Positions 40,359 through 54,393 of a DNA stretch of 64,000 nucleotides are shown here, piece by piece (the stretch's first letter is position 1; each line of letters begins with the position of its first letter). Source of the stretch: Paramecium tetraurelia (taxonomy: Eukaryota); contig CT868052.1 in NCBI GenBank assembly GCA_000165425.1, positions 248,001 through 312,000 of the forward strand. Reading direction: 5' to 3'. The translations under genes were made by a program, and so were the position numbers. The notes beneath the pieces are model-generated. The model did not search any database. It was not told the DNA's origin and was given only the letters and a program-made list of their open reading frames with translations.

Positions 40359-42051
40359 TCAATCTTATTCATTAGCGTTTCTAATTAGCATATCTGTAAA
40401 TTCTTAAAAGTTTACAACTCCGTCTCCATTTAGATCTAATTCATTAAAAACATTGTTCCATTCACCCTCGCTTAATTGAGCTCCCCCCATTATTTCTTAT
40501 AACTCTTATTTACTGATTTATCCATTTCCATCCTTATCGAAAAGTCTAAATGCTTTTTCTAATTTATTCTAAGCTGTCAATTGTTCTTTTTTTGCAAAGG
40601 CAACAATGAATTCAGTGTAATCAATTTGATTCGATCCATTTACATCAGCTTATTAAAATAAATTTTCGACAATTTCTTGACATTTCACTTCATCCTCATA
40701 AATTTCTCTATAGCACTTTAGAAGCTCTTCTCGACTCAATGTACCATCTTTATTAACATCTATTTTTTTAAATTAAGTTTAAATTTTCTTTTTTTCGTGA
40801 TTAGACATAACTTAAGTTGAGATGAGTTACATTATTGCTGCTTTCAACTTACTTTAACTCTTATGATAAAAATAATATATACATGAAATTTAGATAGTTT
40901 TTCCAAGGATTTTGAGTTTATTTTCTTGCCTTTTTGATTTATAAGCATCCAATCATGACGCAATGCTTCAGATGCAGAGATTCTTTATTCAGGATCAGTT
41001 ACCAACATTTTCTTAATTAAGTTTTTAGCATCTTCAGAAATGTCTTCCCATTCAGGTTCTTTGAATTTTTAAACATTAAATTACCATCAAATGAAAAAAT
41101 GCCACTTTATATTCTTTAATATAATTCTTATTAATTTTATCCATTAAAAGGGGGATAACCACAAAGCATAATGAATAAGATAACGCCGCAAGACCACACA
41201 TCGCATTTTTAATCGTATCGCTTATTAATTACTTCAGGAGCGATATAATATGGCTTTGTAAGATATTTAATTATATTTACAGTTCCTATCCTTTGGGACA
41301 ATTTGTTTGAATCAGCAATTTACTTAGCTGTCCCAAAATCAATAATCTTTAAACTAGAGTGTGCTTTCTTAGATTCAAATAAAATATTTTCAGGTTTTAG
41401 ATCTCTAATCAAGATAGATCGTAGATCAATACCTGTGGACAATATTGCGAGTATGACAATAGTTAACTGCTTCTAAAATTTTTCTTATGTATCCCGCTGC
41501 GATGGTTTCATTGAAATGATCAATCTGATTGATTTTCTCAAATAATTCACCTCCACTCAAATATCTTAAAATCTATTGAAATGATAAAGCATACTCTGTG
41601 ATAATATAATAAAAAGTCTCATCTTCGTATAATTCGTAAATATTAACAATATTTGGATGATCTAATTCTTTGAGTATGGACACTTCTTAGACCATGCTAT
41701 CCTTCTATTCAATTACTATTTTATCCTTCCGAATCTATTTCATTGCTCTTTAAAGTCCCGTTCCTTTCTAAGTTACTAGGCTCACTTTACCATAAGTGCC
41801 TTTATAATCTATCACACTATGATACCTTCTCCTAATAGCTAATCTATTTTGTAAAAATTATATAGATCTCCCTTCTTCAATGTAACAAATATAGACGGAT
41901 CAACTTTGAAATCTGTTAATTATTTAACGAACCTGGATTATTTTGAGGATCCTGGATTCTCATTATTCAAAGTGGTTCCTATTTAATCCTTTGTTTATTC
42001 TAGAGTTAGCTTTGAGAGTTTCTTTCTCCCTTATCCTCCACATATGCCCAT
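40359..42051 (-). CDS. Calcium-dependent protein kinase (kinase + 4 EF-hands, acylation-type N-terminus)
   Basis: MGICGG start; [34 protein letters not shown] loops DVNKDGTLSREE, DVNGSNQIDYTEF, DKDGNGQISKQEL, DLNGDGVVNFQEF. Confidence 0.95.
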
Positions 42052-42498
42052 TAAATACTCTGTAAATTTAATTTATAAATATACAATTATTTTACCTAAG
42101 GATTATTAATGTATTCATAATATTTATATTGAATAATTCTCATTAATTTGGTAAAGAATCAGTAATTACAAATAAACTTTCTTTATAATATAACTGTCTA
42201 TTGTGCCGTTTCTCTTACAATATATAGAAAACCTCAAAATTTAAAACGCTATTGGTGTTCCCAATAAAACTCATTACAGAACCAACATACTTTTGTGGAT
42301 ATCATATAAAATTTAGAAAAAGTTTTTTAAAAATAATGTGTTTATTTTAGAGATAATTTATTATTTAATTATTAAATAAGAGTATTATAAAAATAGGTTT
42401 AGAACTTAAATTGAAATTAATCCATCCATAATTTTGATATAATATTATATTTAATATATCAAAGCTTATAACTTTGACATTTTGTTGATTATCCACAT

Positions 42499-43682
42499 TC
42501 AAGTGTTTCCAATTTATCGATCCCTCAAATGAAGTTTCCATACCTCTTTATTAATGGATTATTTAATGAATTCATTTATTTCTAAATTTTTAAAGAAATA
42601 ATTATTAAATTCCAATGATCTCCATTTATCAATAGTTTTGAATTCAATATAATATTCTTCAATAACTTTAAAAATCATAATCACTATTAAATCAATTATA
42701 GTATATTCAATTAATCTTAAGAATATTTTAATGCTGCTAATCTAATATATTATTATCTAAATATTTTGTTATATTTATAAGGAAAACATACTGTTGTTTG
42801 AAATTTATATATATTCTTAGTTTTGCTTTAATTAATTATAGCATTACTAATTAAAAAGAATTAGAGAAAAACTCTGTTAAGTTACAATAAATCTAGAATT
42901 TAGAGATTCTTTATTTATTACTTATACAATATCATCTTTTGATGGAACTATGGATTTGCTTAAGTATTTTAATTGTCATTTTCAATTAATTATTTAATTA
43001 TAATAAATTAGTTTCAATTATAAAATGAGGATTTCTTAACAGGTTACTTAGATGGCTATCGATAGAATGATTGACTTCGAGGTTTATCTAATAACTGAAG
43101 CACTTCTCTCATAAATATTTTATTTTATTAATTATATTCTTCTTAAGTTTATTCAATTTTTTTGAATAAATGTACCAGAGGTTTTTCTTTTTCAATTTTA
43201 TACTTAAAGTCCTTGAGCTCATAATGCAATCTATCTGTTTTAATTTTTTCATCTTCAATTTCAGTTTTTAAATTTTTGATATTGACTTGGGTATTTTATG
43301 ACAGAATTGAACGATATGAAGAAATTTCATTTTACTATTTCATAATCTAGATAATTCTAAAATGTATTGATACTATTGATTATTTTTCTTAGAGCATGCT
43401 TTTCTAACATTCTAATGTTTTTTCCATAAATTCAATTGTTGACATCAACTTTGCATTTAGTCTTTTTAAGGAATCAATTTTCCCTTAGTACATTTTTTCA
43501 ATATCTTGTATTTCCTTGATTATTGAACTATTCGAATAGTGTAAAGGATCTTAATTCTCTTTACAATTAGAAATAATCTCAGATGATTTCATAAATGATG
43601 GAATTTTTGAAGGCCTATCAGTATGGAGTTCATATTATGAGAAGGGTTTCTTATGAAATCGTTATGGTTTATTAAAACTCAT
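42499..43682 (-). CDS. Coiled-coil hypothetical protein (3' end uncertain)
   Basis: MSFNKPQRFHKKPFSQYELHTDRP..., heptad-rich IEKMYQGKIDSLKRLNAKLMSTIEF; may extend further if an extra 20-nt intron is used. Confidence 0.6.
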
Positions 43683-44195
43683 TTTAATATTAATTGATTT
43701 TGTGAGTTACCATAACACAATTATTTATTTCTAACATTTCTTAAATTAAATAGTACACTTAAATCTATCCAAGATTCGAATGCTTGATAAGTTTGTTAAT
43801 AATGGATAAATGATTAGATTTGGAAGAATATAAGATTGCTAATATAAAATTATGAAATATTAAATTGATTAATCAGATTAAAGAAAGTGAGGCTACATAA
43901 GAATTATTGTAAAATTTAAAGAATCTGGATTGAGGGATAAAAAGTAAACGTAGAAAAATATAACTCATCAAATATTCTAGAAGTTTAGAATAATTAAATA
44001 ATTTTCATTACCAATTTATTGATCCTATGAAAATATTCATAATCCAATTAAAGTATGGGTTTATTAACTTATAGGATTCTAGGTTTCTAAATAAAGTAAA
44101 AAGTAGAACAATATTTTGTGAAATAATATTAATTTATATATATCTATAAAAAGGAATAAAATATAAATAGCTAATAATTCGACACATATTAAAAT

Positions 44196-44487
44196 TCAAA
44201 ATGACAGAATCTCAATTAAAATAACAATGAGATTACCCATAATAAGGAAAACTATTTTATGTTATAGGCATTTATACTTTTCATCGATCTTGCAAACATC
44301 AACCAATTGACTATGATTCCTTTCATGTGCTATGACCCTCCTTCGTGTGCTCTTGTATAATCGACTTTATCGAAACCATCTAAATGATAGCATAATTAGT
44401 ACATTTCGATAAGACTCGCTTCTCGTTTAGAATGGCAAAGCCATTACTAATTAAGACAATAGCTTCCAGTAGTGTTATTAATATCAT
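44196..44487 (-). CDS. YOS1: Yos1/IER3IP1 ER-Golgi transport membrane protein
   Basis: After two introns: MILITLLEAIVLISNGFAILNEKRVLSKYG...KIFLIMGNLIVILIEILSF*, the Yos1 pattern (NA.A.L.E.RFL...LI..N...I..EL). Confidence 0.85.
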
Positions 44488-44504
44488 AAAAAAAATAATT
44501 AAAA

Positions 44505-46145
44505 ATGAAAGCAAAGAAACAATAGGATGATGCAGTTCTTGAGGAAGATCTTGTGAGAACGAAATCTTAACTAGTATAATGTAATGTAATAAATTAGGAC
44601 TACTTTCCAAAATGGCAGGAATTGAAACCGCTTGGGAAGAACATCCATCGAAGATCTTATCATTCCTGTGTGACATGGGACAATTAGTAATCATAGGATA
44701 ATATCACTAAGTATCTATGTATATGGTGGATATGAAACTAATGAGGGAATATTGGATGATTTGATGAGGATTCCCATACCCAGTTCAGACAAACCATTGG
44801 AGTGGTAACAGGTGTACAGGAACCCTTAAAAAGAAGTGAAAGGACCAGGACCTTTGAGGAATCACACCGCAGTTGTATATGAAAATAAGATGTACATCTT
44901 TGGAGGAAAAGAGAATCTAATCTAGCCTTGTAGCAAATTGTGGATATTCGATTTTTAAACAGAGAAGTGGGATGAAGGGGAAGATTGTAAAATAAACAAT
45001 CATGCAGTTTGCATAGAAGGTCATAATAGTTGTGTATTTGTGCAAGAAGATGTATAAACACTATTAAATGATATTAGACGGCATCAATGATTGTATTTGG
45101 TGGTTTTTACACCGACAAAGGCTATGTTTCTCAGATTCTCCAATACTCATTCAAGAAGGAAAAGGATATGTGGTCACTCTATTAAGAATAGCAGAAAACG
45201 AGTCCGTAAGGCAGAGCAGGGGCAGGAGCTGCAATTTTGGGGAGTGACTTATATGTTTTTGGAGGATGCAATTATGAATAAAGGTTTTCAGATTTTTGGA
45301 AGTTCGATCTAATCAATAAGAAATGGGAACAAATTAAAACGGAAAAGTCTCCAGGAGTAAGATTAATCTATTATTACAATAGTCTCGATCCTCCTCAGTT
45401 ATTGTAACACACAGCTAAGGATTGTATTTATTTGGAGGAATCCATGATATTACTCATGAGAAGAATGACTTGTGGATGTTTAAGAATAACGATTGGGTGT
45501 TGTTGGAAGAGGATAATAGTAGAAGATAAGTGAATGATGATTTGAATGATTCACTAGATAAAGCAAGTCAGAGCAAGCCTAATAAGCAAAAGGAAAAAGC
45601 TAAAATCTAAGATATCTAAAACAGGACCTTATTTTTATTGGGTGAAGACACTGAGTTAAGGAGTCCATAGAGAAGAGGTTCATTAAAGAATATTAGTTTG
45701 CCTGCTGGGACACAGAAGATAAGTACAGAGCAAAACAATGTATCTTAGGCTACAAATAATATGGAAGAACTCAAGAAAAGAAGATGGTAATAAAAGAAGA
45801 TGTAGATGCTGTAAATATTCTCATAATTTATATAGAGCTGAATTTGAATTGACAGAAGAAGAAAAGTAGAAATTCAGAAGCTCGTCTCCTACCACTGAAT
45901 AGATTAAAAATTCCATCAATTTAATAACAAATCAAGATAAAGGTGGATAAAGAAAGATTTCTTCTCCCATGGGAAGAAAACAATAATAAGCATAACTCAT
46001 TGGCAAAAAACCATGTGCAAGAGATGGTCATTCAGTTGTTGTGGCAGGGGAATTTATGATAGTATTTGGAGGTGATCGTAATCTAATGTCATTTAACGAT
46101 CTATACATGTATTCCTTCACCATGCCAACCAAACCAACAAAATGA
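44505..46145 (+). CDS. Kelch-repeat protein
   Basis: RRSYHSCV..IYVYGG, PGPLRNHTA..MYIFGG, EGHNS..IVFGG, YVFGG, LYLFGG, KPCARDGHS..VFGGDR. Confidence 0.9.
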
Positions 46146-46295
46146 AAAAATTCATTAATTATATAAATTTCTAATATTAGATTTATTTATGTTTTGTTGT
46201 AAGACAGAATTTCTCAGATCAAAAATAATATCTTGCGTATAAAAATTAATAAAAGAAATTATATCCATAAGAAAATTTAAGTAATTTAAAAGATA

Positions 46296-48265
46296 ATGGA
46301 TAACTAACAAGCTTAATCGTAGTTTAACTCCAATTAAACATTTGAAACCAAATCCAAAGACACATAATCATAGGGAGATATCTAAGATTAGTTGTATTTA
46401 TATACATAATATTTAGATTTTAATACAATGATAAATAAATGTCATAGTCACTAAATGGATTCATCAATAATATCAAGGTCTCCAAAGATACCAAGATGAA
46501 AAAAAAGAACCATTTAAAAAATGAGCAAAGAGCTGAGCTAGAAGATTAAAGAAGAGCATAATTATAAAGTGCTAATTAATAAAAATAATAAATTCCTATA
46601 AAATAATAATAATTACCTGTATAGTAATAACAACCAATTTAAAAACAACAATAGCCATAAGTTTTTTAACAAAAGCCATAATAACTTCAGAAGAATATTA
46701 TTAATTTACCTTAAACTTCTTATTAGTAAAAATTGTAAGGGTAGAAATTAGCCACATTTGGAATGATTAACGGTTATTCTCCTCAAAATTATAATGATGA
46801 TGACCCTATTTTATACTAATATCATAAGTAAGTTGGATTGAATATGAATCTCGAGGAGTTGATAGATTTAAGAGTTTAAGCACAATATGATTATTGTAAA
46901 TTAAAAAAATCAGAAAGCTAAAGATTGCCAGCAATGGTGAGTATCATCACAAAGGATATTGAATAGTATGTTAAAAATAACTCTTCAATTGAGGCTGGCA
47001 TTGATTTATTATGTGTTATTGATAAAAGTGGAAGTATGGAAGGGAAAAAGATAGCAAGTGTTTAATAATCTCTTGTCCAATTATTAGATTTTCTAAGTGA
47101 AAAGGATAGGTTATGTCTCATAACCTTTGATGGAAGTGCTCAAAGACTTACTCCTTTAAAAACTTTAACACAAGACAATAAAAATTATTTTAAAAAAGCC
47201 ATATACTCTATTAGAGCTAGTGGATAAACTAATATAGCAAAAGGAACTGAGATTGCTTTTAATCAAATCCAATAAAGAAAAATGAAAAATTAAGTTACTT
47301 CAATATTCTTATTGTCAGATGGTTAAGATTAGGGTGCAGCTGAGTACATCTAAAGGTAGAAAGATGTAGTTGAGGACATAGTTACCATTCATTCATTTGG
47401 ATATGGAAGTGATCATGATGCTGCTTTAATGTCCAAAATCTGTAAAGTAGGGCAAGGAAGTTTTTATTATATTGAAGATGTGAAATTATTAGATGAATTC
47501 TTTGCAGATGCTTTAGGTAGATTATCTTCTGCTTTGGCAGAGAAGGTCTAGATAGATATTAAGTGTGCTCCTTTCATCCCTTTCCAAGATATAAAAATCT
47601 AAAAAACCTATGGCGATATGTGGAAATAGATAGAATAGGAAAGACTTTACTAAATCAAAATTCCTTAAATCGCATCAGATTCCAGGAAGGATTATGTCTT
47701 TGAAATAGCACTCCCACCTTATAGTGAATAAATCCTCGATGAATAAAGAGTCCCTCAAGTAGTTCAAGTATTTTTGTAATTCAGCAACACATTTTCAAAA
47801 TAAGTTTACTAAAAGGTTTCCTTCTTATAACTTAAATTGTACAACGAAGATGAACAAATTGGATAGAACGATGCTAATGCAGATGTCACTAGAGAATTCT
47901 TACGGGTTTAAGCCACAGAGGCTATTGATTTAGCAAGAATGAAATGCGAATAATCAAAGAATGAAGAAGCTGAACTGTTGTTAGAATAAATGAAATAAAA
48001 CATTCTAACTGATGAGAAATTTGCTAAAGTCTCTGCATAAGCAATTAATGATATTGATTAAGCTAAAAATGCTAGTAAGAGAAAGAATTATGTTAATTTT
48101 GGAATGAAATAAATGTATTAGATGTCAGTGAACAATTACTAGTAGGAAGGGTTGAATGCTCAATTTGATTTACAAGGAAAATAGATGCAATAGCTTGATC
48201 AAGGGAAGTTTTAAAATAAGAAACAACTTAAGATGGTTTAAGAAGTGTAGAAAAGAAAACCTTGA
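46296..48265 (+). CDS. von Willebrand factor A domain protein with a Gln-rich N-terminus
   Basis: GIDLLCVIDKSGSM (MIDAS), DRLCLITFD, GQTNI, IFLLSDGQD, IHSFGYGSDHD. Confidence 0.92.
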
Positions 48266-48310
48266 TGTTTATATCTTTATTATTGTTATAAAATTAATAA
48301 TATACCATCC

Positions 48311-49619
48311 TCATTATGTTTGAACGATTTTAAGCTTGGTTAACAAACCTGATAATTTATTGTGCAAGTTTTGCCAATCCTCTTTGGTTAATAATTTCTT
48401 GAAATTGTCTCTAAAATGGTAGGATATTGAATTACAAAATGAAAATTCTTTATTAAGATTAATCGATCTAAGCTGAAACATTTTAAGATTGGATTGCATG
48501 AATAACCCAAATCTCTACTTATTCTAATTGGATCTATAATATAATGAAATTCAATTTATACATTTAAAGCCTCAGCTATTTCTTAATATGAATAACTTTA
48601 TTTTTAGCCTGATAATTAAATAAATTTAGCTATTCTTGTCTAGGTCAAATACTAATTAATGTTTAGATCTGATATCGTATATACATTCATACTTATTGAT
48701 TTAAAATAATCTGCTTCCTTCTCTAGATATTTTTAGACTCCTGATAAATCTCCAGACAACACCAATTTGATAAGTGAAGCAACTTAGGTCTTTTCGATTA
48801 CCTGATAATTTTGACACTAGGTGATTTCACACAATTTTAAGAAGGATTACTAGAGATATCAATTTTAATAGTACGTTAATATTTTAAAAGTTTATAAAGG
48901 TCTTAATGTATTATTCCTGAGAAGTGTTAAGGTTTCTCAAAATGTATTCAGAAATTTGTTTCACATATTGTTAACTACAAGTAAGTATAATGTATTACTC
49001 TTGGGGATCGATCAAATCGATAATAGCATTTAATATTTTAAGAACTTCAGCATCACTGAGAGTCCATAAATTCAAGAATTGCTTGAGATTTTAAATTATG
49101 GGAGATATAATTAATTGCTATGTATTCCATCGTTTTACACATTCAAGTAATTTCAAAAATAGGTTCTATGACAGTTGAGATGAACTCAAAGTGTTGAAAA
49201 GCTGTGCCACACTTTTAAATAGGGATGCAGAAATACATTTTAGTTTTAAAAATGGCTTCTTCATTTATCTACTCAATGTGCTTTAAAAAGAGATCAACAG
49301 TGACCTATTATTCCTTAGACTCTAGCTTAGTCATCCAATATTAAATTGCAGAATAGATTGGTTGCAATACTAAAATATGATCTGCTAAATACAAGTTTTA
49401 TCTGGTGACAAATTGATAATCTCAAGGGTTTATACAACCAAATCTTTGTATTTTTTTTACTCCAATAATTCATCAAAAACAGCACCGAAATCAGCAATTT
49501 TGTTGTGATGACTTGAGTTAAATTTCACAATCATACTTAGATGAACAATGCTTTTGTAATAATTCCATAGTTTTTTGGCTGCTCAATCCTTAGCCAAGGT
49601 ATTAGAAATGTAAAGACAT
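48311..49619 (-). CDS. PCI-domain protein, likely eIF3 subunit M
   Basis: SYSYQEIAEALNIQLEQVEIWVIHAIQ..VSAQIDQ...KEDWQNLHNKL; several short introns. Confidence 0.75.
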
Positions 49620-49667
49620 GCCAATAAACAATTAATAAATTAATTTTACCACACATAATTCCGAAAT

Positions 49668-51144
49668 TCAATTATTTAATTAAACAATAATAAAAGTTAT
49701 ATCATCTCTCGCAGGACTGTTCTTCTTCCAAGAGTGAATGGCTTCCATCATTAGTTTCTCTCCTGCCTAATCAAGTTCTCCCTTCTCATAATAAGGAATT
49801 ACGATATTCATGACCTACAACGATTATATAATTACATTCTTACATCTTCATTTGACAAATATTCCCATACTCCATCAGAAGCAATGATGAGGAACTTATC
49901 ATTATGTTATAAAGTGAATTGAAATACTTCAGGAACACTACTAACCCCAGCCTGTGCTCCTATTTTATCCCCCATACTGCGAGTCATGGCCAATCCTGGA
50001 GCATCTACATACGAAAGCCAAACTCTCTCTGGGCCTACACTATTCCCAAAGAAATCTAGAATATTTCATATAATCTCACCTCTTTAACTTTGGATTCTCC
50101 CGCCAGCTTAAAGAATTCTTTACTTCTCAGCTTCATCTGATGGTTTGTGATCTCTAGTTAGTGGAATTGCTCTCCAACCATTGGAATTTCTACACAATAT
50201 AGCCCTCGAATCACCAACATTGGCTGTCCATAACTAATTTTATTGGATCAGAGCTATGACTGTCGTTGATCCAGACAAGGCTGTGTCAAATTCACTTTAA
50301 AGAATCTCCGAATTCGTTAATTCAAAAGCATTTCTAAAGCATTCCTCCATATCTGGGTTTTGGGATTATAATTGGAATTCCAAATAGACTAGGTTTGAGT
50401 TTAATATTTTACTTGGTAATCTTTATTTGATAAGATCTGAAACGAAATGACCATTCACTCCATGTCCATCACAAATCCCAACTAATCCATAATTTTAACT
50501 TTCTAAATAATTGCTCATTTTTACCTCTCTATATTTGATGGAAATACAATGGCTGCATCTTGATTAGTCTTTGTCTATTTATTAACCTAACAGCCAGCCT
50601 TAGTTTTATGGACAAATTTCAATCCTTGCCATTATTTTGCTCCTCCCTTCTTTTTACTATAAGAGCTGGTCTTTTCAGGACTTTCTGAAATTCTTTATTC
50701 AGGAGTGAATGAAGTTTTCTTCTACTTCTGTTTTGGCTTCAGGTCTTCGTCCCTTGGAGTTTGGTTGAATTGAATGTCATATTTGGATTTGGATATATCA
50801 TTTTTACTTTAGAGTTTAGGTAACCGATTGGGAATTCTTAATCCATTGCCTTGATTCAGAATGGATATAGGTTGTGCAACTAACTGAATTGAATAATTAC
50901 TATTCTCTACTGGATTAAATTCTGTTTTTCGAAATTTGGTTAATGAGGGTAATGAGATCTTGTGAATTCTCGAATCAGTCTCATCTGCTGTGACTTTATA
51001 GCGTTTTTAGAGAAGAGGCTTCTAAGTTCTTTCCTATTTCAATTTATTTACCTATGCAATTCCATTTAATTTTCGCCTTAAGGATGTCTTGGTGGTCTTA
51101 ACGAACTAAAATCTAATATAACAATAATCTATAATTGAGTTCAT
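49668..51144 (-). CDS. Protein phosphatase 2C (start uncertain)
   Basis: [56 protein letters not shown]. Confidence 0.93.
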
Positions 51145-51270
51145 TTATAGAGGAGTATAAATATAGTGAGTAGTAGAGTATTAGTACCTATTTGTGATGC
51201 TTGTCTTGTTTTAAAATCAAATTAATGTTATTAGTTTTGAGTTAACATAAATAATATAATAAATTCTAAA

Positions 51271-51737
51271 ATGAGAGTTTCAGAGAGTGTAGGTCAAAAG
51301 TTAAGGAGAGTGAACATTGATTATTCATAATTCGAGCTGCCAGAGAATTCTTTAGATTACTACTTGAAACCTGTGAAACCTAAATTGAATTATAGCAAGC
51401 TCCTGCATAAACAATAATCTCCTCACAGAGAAATACCTCATACCATCTCGTGCAGAATCAGACCCCAAATCATTACTCAAGCATACAATGACGTCATCAA
51501 TTAAACGAGTTTAAAAACTCTGCCTATTCGACAACTGATTCCTCAAAATAATAATCGTTCCTTTGTTTTAAAACATAAGAAGCCAAGCATTGAAGCCCGT
51601 TATAAATAGATAATGGTACATTTCAAATCAAGCAATAGGAATATAATGTTGAAGAGCAATTCGTGGAATTGAGAAGATTAATGACCCGATAGAAAAAATC
51701 ATCTAGCCTTGGAAAAAGGGTTAAATTTTTATAATGA
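51271..51737 (+). CDS. Hypothetical basic protein (1 intron)
   Basis: MRVSESVGQKLRRV...; a 23-nt intron keeps the frame; ends GKRVKFLQ*. Confidence 0.65.
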
Positions 51738-51762
51738 TTCTTTTATTTATTTAATATTATAA

Positions 51763-54374
51763 ATGTCTCTCATTGATCAATTATGTCAAAATATACTAGA
51801 ATTCAGAGGCACAATGATTGAGGCTCAGGATTTGGTGAAAGCTTTTTTGGCAGATATTATGATCAAAATATTCGGAGTTGAATTGAGACTACAACAGCAA
51901 GTCTTTAGAAATTGCAATAAGAATTGGAAAGTTGTGGAATAAAACCTAATCAGCTATTTCTAAAGTAAATTGTCTTAACTAATCTCAAGATTCTCCCATC
52001 CCAATTTAAACTCTTTTTAACGAAAACAAATATAAAAATGAAGGTTTCATAAGTAGTGACGACGAGGAAACCATCAAGCATAGCAAAAGAGTAGTTGTCA
52101 AGAGAACCAAATCAATTATAAGAGAAGCACCATAAAATGATAATTTCAAAGACGAGTAAATTCGAATCAGAGATTAGGTTATCTAAGATATAACTATTGG
52201 GTATTATAAAGATATTTAGCATCTTAAAGAAATGTTCCTAAGAAAGGAACGTTAACAAGATGATGATATTATTGATGCCACATACTATGACATTACTAAG
52301 TCATTTCCAGCCGAAGTACAAGTCTACTTGCAATCTAAATTGAAAGAAATGTCACAACAAGCCAGATCATAGCAAACAAAATTGCAAACCTAAATTAATT
52401 AGCAACAGATTGAAATTGACAAACTCAAAAAAACTATCTCTTAATTAGTTTCATAAGCTGACATTGTTTAACAAATTAAAGCTATTCTAATAATAGACAG
52501 AGATATGAATCGGTTCTGGAGGGGGATATAAGATGTGATTGGTAATAAATAAATATTTGAAATTTTTGAAAAGAGGCAAGCTGGCTATGGAATCGATTAC
52601 AAACAAATAGACGAATTAATAAACCAATCTTAAGCATCATACCGAGTGTTTTCAGATTATAAAAATAAGATTGATGGTAACATAGGTTATTATTAAAAAT
52701 AGAATAATACCTGTTATTTACAGCTTAAGTAGATAAGGAATTGCAATTACTACGAAATCAAGTTAAGATATTAACAGATAAATAAAATGGATAAGAATAA
52801 GAAAAATAAAAAGATTTTGTTTTAGTTAGACAAACTCTGAAGTCTGGTATAGAATATGTTTATGAGATGAAAGAAGAAGCTCGTATTTATCATATTTAAT
52901 ATCTATAGTAAAAGCCAATTTTGTATAAAAATTAGAGCAATATGCTGAATCCATTTTGCAAAAAGATACGCTATCCTAAGTCAAAAGATGTATTAAGGGT
53001 CATGCTCTTTATAAATGGATGTATTTAGCCAAATGTGAAAAAATGTAAAAACATAAAGTTCTCAGGAAATCTTAATCTGGATCTATTAATATTTTTGATG
53101 TTTCTTGTAATCCAAGAGGATTGCTAGATAAAAGAACTGATGATATCAAAAAGTAATTATAATTATTAGAGTATAATCTCTCTGAGGAATAATTACAATC
53201 TCAACAATTGAATGTCGAATTAAATTAAATGAAAGCCAAACATTAATCTATTTTAATGAATTATGAGATGTAGCTTCATAAGTATCTCTATCTGGAATAA
53301 CGCACACTTTATTTAGAGAATCAAAATAAATATTTTGAAAGAATATTCTCCCTTTTAATGAGAAGAATTGGGTATCCTTAATTTGAAGTCAATGAAAGAA
53401 ATATCAATATTATTTTAGAAAAAGCTGATTCTCAAATAAAATAGTTTTAGAATAAAATTAATCAAATTCAAAATAAAGACATTGAGGATATCCATGAATT
53501 GACTTCCTAACTTATTAAAAAAACAATCATCAGAAATAAATTTAATCAATATAATAAATCTACATCATACTGTCAGACTGATATATTTGATGTTTCTATG
53601 AAAATTGAAGATTGTATAAAAATGGTTGAATAAAATCAATTTCAATTACTCTAAATGCAAGAACAATTGAGATTATAGGCTGAATAAGAATACTAAAAAG
53701 AATAGGAATAGTTACAATAGAATAATGATGACATACCAAATGTGTTATTATCAGATAATGAAGAAGAACTGAAAGAGCAGAAACTTGTTAATAAGATTAG
53801 TTAGGAAAGATCAACGGAAATGGATCCTACTTACATGAATTAATCTGATTTTGACACCAAAATGTTAAATCCTCCTAAAACTGCAGACAATAAATAAAGA
53901 GGTTAACAACTATTTACATTTATTTCCAAAAAGAAAACCATTAGTCTATCAACTAAGAATAAAGAAATATAGACTGAGATTTAAGTTGATTGCAGAGCCA
54001 ATTTAATTAATAAAATATTCATTAATGAGTAAAATATAAAATTTATCTTTAGTTTAGATGAATTTAAAAAGAATGTTAAAGAAAAGCCCATGTTCAAAGA
54101 AATGAAAAAGGTACCACAATAATCAAGACCTGAATTACAGAATACATTTGCTACTTTAATATCTTAACATAATGTCAATAAGAATAGAAAATAAAATAAT
54201 ATATTTTTAAACTCGATTAATCATAAACCAATACAAATAAATTGCTAGCAGAAATTGAAAACTGAACCATCAGGTCTTGAAATTGATTAGAATGTAACCT
54301 TTACTAATGATAGGATCAAAGTTGTTTATACACCCGGCAAAAAGAAAGTAAGAAGTGTTAGTAAAAATGTTTGA
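51763..54374 (+). CDS. Large coiled-coil hypothetical protein
   Basis: MSLIDQLCQNILEF...; long E/Q/K-rich frame with 3 short introns; ends KKKVRSVSKNV*. Confidence 0.7.
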
Positions 54375-54393
54375 TTAAATATTACTTTATTTA

